A stretch of 64,000 nucleotides of DNA from Klebsormidium nitens (lineage: Eukaryota; Plantae; Klebsormidiophyceae): positions 3,647 to 67,646 of the forward strand of contig DF237454.1 in NCBI GenBank assembly GCA_000708835.1, in the 5' to 3' direction. Of the stretch, positions 24,653-36,479 are shown piece by piece; the stretch's first letter is position 1; each line of letters opens with the position of its first letter. The position numbers and the translations under genes were made by a program. Under the pieces are notes generated by a model. It saw only the letters and a program-made list of their open reading frames with translations. It had not been told where the DNA came from and ran no database searches.

Positions 24653-26566
24653 TCATCCTTGCCCCAAAGTAGCCTCCTCGCATCTTGCACTTTTTGCTAT
24701 CTGTGCAAGGCTCGAAAGCTGCTCTGCGTTCAAAGCTTCCCAGAAGGCCTTGTCTGAATTGAGCTTCTCAAAGGTATCCCCAACCGTGTCTCTGATTTTC
24801 TTATCGAGCATTTGCACGTCGGACCCGTGCTCCTTGGAAACGAACTCGAGCCAAGAGCCGACGGAGTCTAGAGTGACCACTGCCATGTCCGAGATGTTCG
24901 AGCACAGAGAAAGCAGTCCGCAAGCGTCCGCCAAAGAGAAGAGCTCCTGCAAAGAAAATTTAATCATCTAGGATGCTGTTCTTACAAGAGCTCTTGTCAG
25001 AAATTTCTTTCTTTGCCAAAGACGCTCTTACGGATGAAGGGAAAAACTTGGCATGAGATTGCGAAAGCTCCTTTTATGCTTTGTGGGCACTCTTGGGATA
25101 GAGAAAATTCACACCGCATGGTTCTCAATCCCTAGAACGTGACATTCTACTGAAGGCAGTTTCAGAAGCTCGCCACGAGACCACATTTGAGGCTCGCCCA
25201 TCAGAATCATCTCGGCGTTCTGTCAAAGCGCCACCATTTCGATTGTTATCCATTTATCGATCAATTTGAAGTTCTATGTATCCTATCATTACCTGCATCA
25301 TGAGAGCGTCCGTTGGGCTGAGCTGTCGCAGCGACCACGCGCCTCCGTACGCGTACTTGAGAAACGCCTCCACGGCGTCCCGGGTCACCGGGCACGGCAG
25401 GCTGAGCTCCAGCTTGTTGGTGAGGGTCCACCCGGGCCCCGACCAGTCGTCCTTGAGCCTGGTTCTAAAGTAGGGGATGCTGGCCAAGACCGCGGAGTGG
25501 GCCGGGACCTTGGAACCGTCCTGCGTCGACAAAAAAGATCGGACACGTCACGTGCTCGGGAGGGCTTCAACGAGCTTCCAAAGAAATTGCGAGGAGGGAT
25601 AATGTTGGTGATTAACACGATATTTATCAGAAAATGGAGATTACAGCATCTGGAGCCTGGAAAAGCAGCAGTCAGACCCTCACTTTCGAGACTGCCTTTG
25701 AGCGCTTGAGGATGGGAATTCAAATTGTCGCCTAATCCAGCCCACAAAACAAAAAGCTGCATATGACCCAGCAGATTGAAAGATCTTTTAAGTAGGAATT
25801 CCTCTAGGGCTTTCGCATCGAACCCAAATGGGTCTCAAAATCGCAAAGCACGTGCGACGTCTCATGTGGTCTCCGTCAGTCAGTAAGAGCCTACGGATCT
25901 AATGACCAGGGGTAGAAGTCCCACCTTGCAGACGAGCTGGATATCCCCCGTCTGTTCTGCTTCGTCCAACAGAGAAGCCTTGAGCAAGGGGCTCTTCGAG
26001 TCGCTGAAGAAGCAGACAAGAAAGGGCTGCTCTGTCTGGTGGTAGAAACTCAAGGAGTGTCGGACAGCTATCTCTAAATCGCATGGATAGCCTGTTGGGG
26101 GCTGCAGCTGGCACTTTCCGTTCTGCGGCATCTGCACAGACCCTAGCTCCTTTGCACCCTTTCCTTGCAGCCCAGTTGCCTCGTGAATAGTAAGACCCTT
26201 CACCGTACATTTGTAGGCGCTGGAAACCTTCCCGTCTGCATCGGGCTCCTCGAGTTCAACAGTCGCTGAAAGGGGCTTCTCAATCTTGAGACTTGTTCTT
26301 TCGAAGGTGAGAAAAACTGTGCCCAATGCGCTTGCGACTCTCCCAAGCTTTTCGTTTTCCGGTTTGCGGAGAACGTAATCGCGAGAAGCGTGAACAAAAG
26401 GTGGAAATTGCTCTAATCTCAGTGAATAGAGAGCTGTCACGTCCAAATTTTGGAAGCTTTCGAAGCTTGTCTGGGTCAAAGTGCTCTTCATTGGGTCGAA
26501 TTCTGACCAGTAAAAAGAGATTTGGATGCTATGAGAGTCCACTGGTTCCCTCGCCTTTTGCGCCAT
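24653..26566 (-). CDS. BTB/POZ domain protein (~387 aa) with unrecognised N-terminal domain
   Basis: Exons 26566-25925, 25520-25293 and 24946-24653, all phase 0 with GT-AG. The joined sequence ...GDIQLVCK|DGSKVPAHSAVLASIPYFRTRL...AVEAFLKYAYGG...|ELFSLADACGL matches the BTB consensus. Confidence 0.8.
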
Positions 26567-27983
26567 TCCGAAGACAAACGGTTGTGTGCCGAGACCGAGG
26601 ACCTTGATCAGTCAGGGTTCCGCGACTCGCTCTGCTACAGCTCCTTAGGAGACACGAAAAGGCGGTGATCGTATGCTTTGATTTCTTCAATGTTGGCAGC
26701 TTGCGCATTGAAGAATGTTCCTTAAAAATGCAAGCATGTCATTAGATATGAAAGGGCTCTGATCTGTAGCATCTCGGTACGTTCACGGAATATGCATGCG
26801 CACGTGAAGAGACCTTGATAAAAAGGAGCCCCGGTATCCAGAGTCCTTCCTTCTGATGACGCTTGTTTCCGTGAAGGATTCGTGATCAAGTCCGTGAAGT
26901 CGTGGCCCCTCCCATGCTACAAAGAGTCCCAGCTTTCATGCGCAACGATTGTCCTGCATGCGTTGCAGGGTGTTTTTACAGCCTCGTGTCGGCATTTCCA
27001 GCCAATCATCATCAGATGTCTGAATCTTTGCAACGAGTATGCGCAGGCGCTACGGCAAACTGATCGAAGCACAGAGTCAAAGTCACTTGATAAAAGAAGC
27101 AGCCTACCTAACCGCTTTCGTCGAGCAACTGCAAACACAAGGTGCACATCCGTCTCATACTTTCGAAAGTCATCAAAATTGGAGGGCGTGCTGAGCTTGC
27201 ATACCCGGCTATCCCAACTGCAAAGATGCTGCAAGACGAAGGGACATTCCTAGTCGACTAGCCAGTCCGATCAAATCGACGGGGCGTAGCATGCTGCCAG
27301 CTGGGACCGTCGCGGCCGCGCGCAGTGAGCCCCCGCGGCAAGATAACGTAGAACCCCCGAAACCCCGGGGCAATATGAGGGGCACGCAAGAGCACGCGGC
27401 CGGCACGGCGGCCCTACGTCACCGTGACGGAACTGTACCATCACTTTTGCGGAAGCGTAGATGTGAGCGTGGTCAGCGCGACGTCTAACGCCTGGCAGGT
27501 CATCTGCCGCTTGCAGGCTTCATTCTGCAGCTCATTTGGTCTCTTCGACTCACGGAAAGACGCAGGCCGGTTCTAATAGAAGGGGCGTTCGGCAGTTTGT
27601 TTGCGGTCCTGCCTTAACACTTTGAGTTCAACGCCAGCCTGTTCCTTGAAGGTCGCTCTGAAGTGCTCGCAGCAAATCAAGTGGGCCTTCAAAGAGTGTT
27701 CAACTGCTCTTCGCTTCCTTTACTTTGCAGCGCTTCATTCGCTGGCGGCAGCCTGCCAGGCCGGCACAACGGAGAAGATCGACCAGCTCTTTAAGCAGCC
27801 TCAGAGTAACAGATTGTGAAGCGAGAGAACCCAAGAGCTCTCCAGGTTGTGACAACCTAAGATCAGCGCAAAAGTCACGAGAAAGCCCCAAGCAAGACGA
27901 GTAGTTGGAGGCCTCAACAAAGAGAGATAAAACATGGAAGGGGTGGCGATCAAACTTCGCGGGAGTGCTCGGCAAGCGGGGCC

Positions 27984-29033
27984 ATGACGCCTGACCTGAG
28001 GATCCAGGTCGTTTCTGATCTTCATGATGAGGAGAGCAGAGGAAACGCCACAAGGATCCCTGTGAAATGAGTGGTTAGCAGTCGTTGAACAGGTTGACCG
28101 CTAACCACGCCGAGCTCCAGCATGATTAGAAACCGCAAACATGGTCGAGAATGGTTATAGAGTGGTTAGCGACCACGTTAAGCAGCCAATCCTTCCTGTG
28201 AAAGCCCCCGTTCTGGCTCTGCGTGAAGACATAGGCATCCCATCCACCAAGATTTACGCGAGCTTCTTGAAGACCGTGTCGCAAATTTTTGACACCGTGC
28301 TGGTTTTAGCGGGGAATCATGAGTTCTATCTAGATAAGAACGGGGGTAGAGAGAGAGTATGGGCAGAGGAAAGAGGAGATCAAGGAGCTGTGCGCGCGTT
28401 TTGCGAACGTGCATTTCTTGGATTGCGCGAGCGTTCACCTCAAGGGGGTCACAGTCCTGGGCTGCACGCTAAAAATGGAGCCACGTGCCTTCCTCTACAG
28501 AATCAGACGTCATGAAGGACTTAGAAGACTACGAGAAAATAATGATCTGTGACGCAGACACTAGCTATATAAGGTCGCTCACTGTGGCTGACACCAACTC
28601 TTTCAATGCATGCGAGGTCGCCTTTCTCCGGAGGGGAATTGCGGCGGCAGCGGCGAATGGGCGAACCGTGCTAGTGCTAACCCATCACGCCCCCCTCATG
28701 GCGGGAACCTCCGCACCGTGGCATCCGCCTAACCAAGGCCTTAACCACGCGTTTAGGACAGACCTGAGTGACCTGATGGGCAGCCCGGTGGCTGCGTGGA
28801 TTTATGGGCACACGCACTATAACCCGAAAGGGTTACAGGCTAACGGGACTAAAGTGCTGGCAAACCAGAAGGGTTACAGTAAGGAAGACACGGGTCGACC
28901 TTTTGACCCGGGCCTGGTGCTCTACGTGAAGAGACTGGTGGAGACGAGCGTCGAAACTCAATGGGCGAGGAATGGTGAACATTCAGTCCCCATTGATTCC
29001 GGAAAGGGGCCTCGAGATGCATGGACGGCTTGA
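27984..29033 (+). pseudogene. Calcineurin-like metallophosphoesterase, intronless, disrupted
   Basis: Motifs SDLH, (LALR)EDIG, GNHEFY, GCTL/WS, THHAP, WIYGHTH and NQKGY occur in order, but are split by a 136-bp insertion with a stop, a frameshift near 28350-28380 and an extra AAAA between CTA and TGG at ~28470. Confidence 0.8.
28059..28203. mobile_element. 127-bp insertion flanked by a 9-bp direct repeat (CCTGTGAAA)
   Basis: CCTGTGAAA at 28059-28067 and 28195-28203. Removing the insert plus one copy restores the frame (ATRIPVKAPVLAL). No terminal inverted repeats seen. Confidence 0.55.
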
Positions 29034-30211
29034 GGTCCATGTGTAGCTTGAGATTATCATCCTCTGAAATGTGGAACTTGATTGACTCTCGGGATCAAGC
29101 TAGGCGGGGGAGCAAACAGGACTTCTTGAAAGAAAGAGACGAGCAGACCTTTGCATCCCCATTGAACAACGCCCAATATCTATTGTTGACATCCGAGATA
29201 GCAGAGAACTGCAAAACTTAGCCAGTATCGAGTAGGACATCTGCCACGATTGATAAGTACGATCGGTGCCTCTTAAAAATATATCTGAATGCGCGAATGG
29301 CCGGGCGCAAGATCGTATGCATGTTAGCCTAACATAGTTGTGCCTTCAGGGCTGCGATCAGTCTTTCAGTTTCATTCCAGCTAGTTTAGAAGAGTCATTG
29401 ACCACTGAGTCGCCTGCGGCGCGCGTCACTACGGCGTAGCTGCGGCCGGATGCAGCGACTTTGAAAGAGCCGGCCCATGGTATATTTTTTTGGGGCTATA
29501 CGAAACAGCACAATGATAGATCAGTGTCACTGTGCATGCCAATTTGTAGTGTATGCTCAATCCCAGTACACATGAACCGGGTCGGAGTGAATATATGAAG
29601 ATGACGTATAGTCGCGGATTGAGCGGAGTGAGCTGCAGTGCACAAGTTGCATGACGATTTCAATACTAACACGCCCTTAGTAGGTGCGACTGGCAGTGCT
29701 TCTGCACTTATGCCTGCAAGGGGCAAGCCTGGGTTTCTTGCTGAATTGAATTGTAGTGGCCTGGCCGGCACGTATACATACTCATGCCTACGCTGCAGAC
29801 TGACTCAATGTGAGAATATGATTCTGACGTTATAACCGTACAATTCAATGCATCGAACTGAACAGTCTCAGTGCAATTGGGTCTTTCAACCAAATGGACA
29901 GGCAACTACCTAGACTCCTCTCATGAGGCCGTATCATTCACCTGCTTGCAGCAGACTTCTCGCTTCTTTACACCAACAATTACAGACATGCAATATGTTT
30001 AGTTCAACTTACACGAACTTAGTACTAAACGTTTCCAAGGTCATCATTGTATTGATGTACAGAAGCGCAATTTGCGGTGGTACATCTGAGACGCGTGGCT
30101 CCGTCGCCTATTCAAGAAAGACACTGTGGAGGAACTTTTGAACGGGGTTTCGGTGCTTCGGCTGTCCTGGAGGCGGCAATTCTGCGATCAGCGACAACAG
30201 AGAAAGGTCCA

Positions 30212-33200
30212 TCAATGCGAGGAAAACGCAAGGACAAAGCTTACAAACGTTGGACCACTTGGAATAGAGGACGCCGGTGCGAGCAGAGGCCGCGGCAGGT
30301 GAAAGACTTGAGGATACTGCCACTCTTGTTCTGAGAGAGAGCACGGTCAAGCTATGTCTCTCCAGTCCGAAGCCGCATGCTTCGAAATCTCAGCCCCTTG
30401 CGTGTGAAAGCTAGAGCCGACAGGCACCATCCGCGTCGCTCAACAGTATCTAACTAAGAATAGGTGTGCCGACAGTGAAGGAAACCGACCGACTGTCATC
30501 AGCAAGTGTGTCGCCAACCGACAGAAGAACTCGACGCACGCTGCGATATCGCATCAAAACAAGAGGCTCCTCATCAAGAGACTGACAGCCACTGTAAGAT
30601 AACTCAGGGGGCCCAGATCAAGTTCAATTTCGATATATTTGGGCACGTTGAAAAACATAACACGTGAAACGTTGGTGGGCTCACCAGACGCTGGGTAGAT
30701 TGAGTTGTAATGAACGTCGGCCCAGAAGCTGAGGTACAAAACTGCAACAGTGACGCCAAACAGATTTAGTATGGGGTCTGTGACTTGCAGGAAATATGCA
30801 CCAGTGCAGTCACGGAACGAGGAAGAGCTGAAAATGAGCGCGAGCTCGCCTTTACGAGGAGCATTTGGCTGATTTGACGAAGCCTGAGCGTCAATGAGGA
30901 GTCGACGGTTGACAAAAGAGCGCGGCTGCGTTGTTTAAGTAGTCCGTTGGAGCCCGGCCACGATTGTATGCCGGAAACAAGAGTGTCAAGACCAGGCCGC
31001 AAGCGCTCCGGGCTGTGAATGGCTTCTCACAGACCTCAAAAGTAGCCAGAGAGTACCATGTTGTAAACTGCGATGCACGTGAATCCTCGTGTCTGTAACG
31101 TAAGGTCTAAAGAGTGACGTGTCCCTGCCCTTGTCACGAGAAGCTGCCACAGATTTTATAGGGTTGCGCGATCAAGGCGTCACGTTCTAAAGGACCAGAA
31201 CTTGTAAGCAAAGATGCGATACTCACCTCTTTGCGACTTCGTCTCCCGAGGCTCGATCTGGATGAACCCGTTGTCCTTGAAGGTGGTCAGCAGACTGATC
31301 TTCAGACCGTACTGCACAGCGCCCGAACATCGATCAACCAGATATCTATTGAAACAATAGCTTTCAAATCTTCACGATGCAGTATAGAGGAAGCCATAAG
31401 ACGTTAAGATAAGAGCCACCGATTGCTGTGGCTTTGTGGCTTCGCCCTCGCAAGCAGAAGATGGTGTTGTTTGCAGCGGTCAAAAAGGGAATAAACCGGT
31501 GGATTTCACCAAAGAGACTACTACGATCGTCCAAGAAACACTGTACATGGCTGCACATAAGAGTGACGCATTCTCGATCACTTTCTGCCGTCACAGACTG
31601 TAAAGCCTATTGGAACTTCTTCCAGAATATAGTAAGCAACAACGAAATATTCAATGAAGCAGACAATCATGTGCGCCCTAGCTTTGACAAATTCGGCGAC
31701 AAGGTCGCCTGCCGTTCCCTGACGGCGAGACATAGGGTAAGACCAGCATCTGCTGTCACTTACTCGGTCGGCGGCTGCTTGGAGGGTGATGTGATCGCCC
31801 CACTCGCCGTCCCTGCAAGATGCACACCCCCACTGAGCACCCCTCATTGTGAAGTCAGCATGACCCATCGTTTTTAAACTCTTTGGGCTCCTTCAGAACA
31901 CCATTTGGAACGATCAGAACCGACCAGTACGGTTCTCCGACGTATCAAGTAGCAAAGCGAGAAAGAAACGGGAAGTTGCACAGAAGTCGCGGTTGAGGGC
32001 GACTTACGTCGCCAATCGCTTGAAGTAGTGCTTGTAGTCCTCGTCAGAGACGTAGGCTTCGTAGAACTGGGGGTGATACTTTAACTGCACGGGCAACAAG
32101 AGTCAGCCTTCACCCCTGGTATACAGGAGTGAACTGACGGCAAACTAACGTGACCTTAAACGGATCTACGAGGTGCCAATCTCTCTCGAGCTTCTAAGCA
32201 GCTTTCTCCAAGCAAGCCCCCGTCCAAATACAGCCGACGGTGCCCAACCTGAATGCTCTTGCTCTTTTCAATTGCGTCCTTTGTGCTGTTTTGAGTTGTG
32301 TCCTTAAACCAGACACATCCGACGCTAAAACGTTCGCGGTGGGCAAAGGCAACTGCGCCTGACCAGCAACACCAGCATATTTCCACTGAAAGGATTCCCC
32401 TGGATCTATGCAACTACCCTGTGGCAGTCCTCCGACACAAACCCCCCGGATCTGCGACGTTGAAGACATCTGCCAAACTGAGTAGTGTCGAGCTAAGCTA
32501 AACGTCCAAACCCCGCACTATCGAACAGGATCAGAGGACCGTTCGTCAGTGTGGTTTGGTGAACGAGCCGATGCCAATCTCTCACGTACTGCTCCACTAC
32601 TTTTTCAGATCTTTGTCGCTTTTGACGGTCTCTGCATTTCAGGCTCCAAAAAGCCGCCCGTTCGCAGGCACCCCACTCCCTTACCTGCTTGTACACCGCT
32701 TTCCGGACGTGCTCGTGCTTATCTGGCGTGTGGTACAACTGGTCCGACAGCGCGCGGAACTGCAGAGTGGCAGGGCGCGACCGATCAGGGCACAAGCTTC
32801 GGGCTTCGATCGAGGGTCGAAAGATGGTGATGGAGTTTCAAGAAGGCGTGCATAGACACACCGAATCTAGCTCATTCAGCTTCATGTCAGCATGCTTCTT
32901 GGTTGCGCTGAGGTCGGCGTCGGCATCAAATCCGCACTGTCCTTTGAGCCTAGCCGTCTTACTTCATAGTTATCAAATGGCTATGAACTTGCGAGTTCCT
33001 GAACTAATCATGAGGGTGCCCATCAACCTCCTCGTTCTTCTGGGTACTGGGGATTGACGACAAGAGAATAGGAGACCGCATAAAAAACATGCCGGCGTCT
33101 ATGGTGGCCCGATTGCTTGAATTTTACACTCTGATTTCATGCCGGTGGGAATTCCGTTCGTAGAAAACTTGTACTGTCCCCCCGAACAAAAGCTGATTGA

Positions 33201-35811
33201 ATGGTATACCTGAAAAAGTGGAGCAGGACTCACCTGACAATTGCCATCTCCTGCCACGTGTCGCTCTGCCAGCCCGTAAGCCTTCAACCTGGACACAAAC
33301 CGCCAACGAAGTGAGCATGACCGACAAAAAGTTTGCATCAAAAGGAATCAATTGATCGGAAAATCGATCGAGCACAGGCATCGAACTTTGCGGAGTAGTA
33401 TAAGGTGACATTCGGATGAAGTCGACCAGTCTAACAATCTTGTGTCGCTCATTTCGGTTTTTTCACTCCGATAACTGATTGAGTAGCCCAGCATCTGCTT
33501 TTGTTGATTCGTTCAAAACCTGCAGTCTCACAACGGCACAGCATTTGTTGAAAGTTTGGTGACCTTCCTTAACCCAAGATGACCTACAGGACTACGAGAT
33601 AGCGTTGCCTTTACTATCGCAGTCACAAGATGACACGTTTGTCTGCTTTACCCCCCCGGTTAGCAGCTTAACCCCCAACCTCGAAATGGTTCTGTCAGGG
33701 CCTAGCTTTGATTCCTTACCGGTCGACCAGCAGCTCGTGGTCTTCGCTCGACGACTTCTCATCCCAGGTTGGCACAAACGAGTTGGTCCTGAGCACATGC
33801 TGCAAAGAAGAAGAGTGCAAACTGAACATACGCACAATTGATCGATTTGAATTCTTGCTAAAGCTGTTTTTATCGCGGCTCCAAAGAGACGGAAAAGACG
33901 AATCAAAGGCAGTAGCTACGAAGGAAAGTACTTTCAACAGACTACCTCAGCATGCTTCTTGCCGGTTGAATACCCTGGGTATGCAATCCACTGTAGCGTA
34001 GGCACCAGATTGTGCCATGCAAGATAGCCTTCGTAACTTACATATACTCGCCCAAAAACCTGCCGGCCAGATCACTCTTGGGAGCCAATCAGCAATTTCT
34101 TCAGATCTATGGTGAAATCTGGACAATCATTTAGTGCTCACCGGTATGGACTTCATGTGCCGCAACTTTGCTCCCACTGGCCCATCAAATCTTGTGAAAG
34201 TGTCATGCAACGGCGAACCTGCCAACAAGTAGTGGCAATGTTTTCAAACTTCATAATTTTTGAAGCCAAGGGTCACAAAGTATCTGCTTGTAGCTATCCG
34301 CCTTGATGCTGATTCACAGCGGCAGGTTCTCATTTCTTTCATGAAGCATAATGCTAAGGTGGCTTGTAGAGGCAGCGGAATACAGAGGTCAAGTTATGAT
34401 CTGCAATGCAGAAAGCCCCAGGCATTGATCACATGTTTGAAGAGGCTTTCTCCTTGTGGATCTTTTTGAACCATGCTGAAACCTCATGAAACTCCGGAAG
34501 GGTAAGCCAAATTCACCGTGCTACATGCGCTACACTTGTGGCTGTACACCAGCCACGATAAGCAACATCGACCTGAAAACCTGAAAACTTAAGCCCCATA
34601 TCGAAAAACCTCAATGCAAGCTAGCTCCATCAGCTCTGTCTAAAGTGGCCTGAGACTTGGTCTCTGTCTAAAGTGGCCTGAGACTTGGTCATTAAGGTAA
34701 GTTACAGCTCCAACAAAGTCGGCACAAGGGCGCCTTTGAAGCAAACGTCATCCTTCCTGCTTCTTACAAAGACTTGCAAACCCAATCTTGCTCAAGGGTT
34801 AACAAGTCTTTAAATTGTCCCCGTGTTTGGTATTATGCATATTGTCAAAAAACCTGATCTCTCCTATTGACAGTAGGAAAACATTAGGGACGTCAACCAA
34901 CCATAACCAAAACCTTCATCAAAAAATGAGGGAAGTGCATGCGATGAGAAGTAATAAACCTTAGTAGCAACATATATGTCGCTCCTTTGCATTGCCCAAT
35001 TTTGGAAAATCACAACTGCAACTTCCTTTCCGCATTAATGAACGTTTCCCTGTTACCCTGAGTACATTCAATGCCTCAAACCATACTCACCCTCCGCATC
35101 TGATGGAGTTCCCGAATTAAAACTGGCCGACTCCTCCAGTTCCTCCGGAGAGATGATAGGCACGATCTTGGGGTCCGTCTTTATCCCATCAAAGAACCCG
35201 TCCGGGGGAATGACCTCTGACGCAACAGGCGTCCCCGGCCCCACAGAACTAGCTTCACTTTTGGTTGAGACCCCTTCCAAACCCTCCCCCACTCTTTGAA
35301 TCTCCGTGTTTGCGTGCGCCTGCTGAGAACTCCCTGTACTAGGGCTGTGGTCAGCCGGAGGATTTGTATTAACTCGCAGTTTCTGTAGAACGTTTAAGTC
35401 CACCGGAGCGTCTGAGCTCTGGGCCACCTCTAGTTCCTGGGCCTGCAAGCCTTGGGCCAGCTCCAGGTCTCTCCTCTCAGACGGCTCCACAGAAGCATGC
35501 ACGGCGTCATTTCTAACCACGCCTAGTTCTTCGGCCTGCAGATCACGCGCCAGCTCAACATCCGTCTGCCGCTGCCTCGCCTCCTGGGCCTTGCGAACTT
35601 GCTCCCGCAATGTGTCTGCTTGGTTTTGGATTACAACATTCCATTCATTGAAATGAGAGGTGTCTTCCTGAACAGGGGGGACTGACGAGGGGGGGTCTGC
35701 ATATTCCTGACGGAGGGGAGGGGGTTTGGGAGCACGACCGGCGCGATACTCTTCTTCCTGAACCGCCCGAGCCAATGCTGCATCACTAGCCACTTGGTTT
35801 TGAGAGTACAT
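30212..35811 (-). CDS. OTU-domain deubiquitinase (plant OTU9-12-like) with N-terminal extension
   Basis: Exons 35811-35091, 33799-33720, 33288-33234 (VAGDGNCQ), 32759-32685 (FRALSDQLY), 32084-32008, 31812-31764 (GEWGDHITLQAAAD), 31311-31227 and 30741-30685 (LSFWADVHYNSIY). The exon bridging 35091 to 33799 was not located, and the terminal exon 30330-30212 is tentative. Confidence 0.88.
34634..34690. repeat. 28-bp tandem duplication (intronic)
   Basis: CTCTGTCTAAAGTGGCCTGAGACTTGGT twice. Confidence 0.95.
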
Positions 35812-36479
35812 GATTGCTGGTCAACAGAAGCAAGAGCAATGACAAGACAATCCTGCCAAAGGCTCTCCTTCTGAACTTAGTTTGGAGGATACACAAATGG
35901 GTTTAAAAGGCAGCTATTAGATAAAGAAAGCGAAGGGGCACTCAAATTGTGGCCAATCGAGCTTTCTACCATTCCAACGAGGTGGATAGACCGCCCTTCA
36001 GTGGAACTGAATTTTCAAAGCTCCTCAAAAGCATGCAGGTTGCTGGAACTTGGAAGCAGCGCTTTTGCAGCGGTCGAGCTTCCTGCTTCGTCGCGAGGAA
36101 CCATGTTGACATCATTCATGACAGCTTCCCAGCTAGCGCGCCAGCTTGGCCTCAGAAAGCGCACGCCAACTTCAGTGCAAATGCTGCCACCTGGCGCCCG
36201 ATGCTGATCTGGCAAAATTTGGCGCGGAAGCAGAGCCATCCGATTGGTTCATACACTATTGCGCGTATTCACATCAATGAGTCACGGGCACGATTTAGGG
36301 CTTGCCAACTTGCAAAAGCGGCGCACAATGACGCCGGGCGGATTTCACAACGGGAAAGAACCAACGGAAGTGTTCATGATATCAGAAAGCCCCTCTTCTC
36401 ATTGGAGCGGTGGTGTTTCTGCAGTTTGAAGGACAGGGAACAACGTAGAAGTTGAACGCGATATCTCCAGGGGTTCAGG

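Noticed and set aside
26917-27820. Second decayed BTB or zinc-finger gene on the minus strand
   Set aside because: Only vague fragments (AHLICCEHFRATF; DGTVPS..AAVPAACS; PCNAC) in different frames; not assignable.
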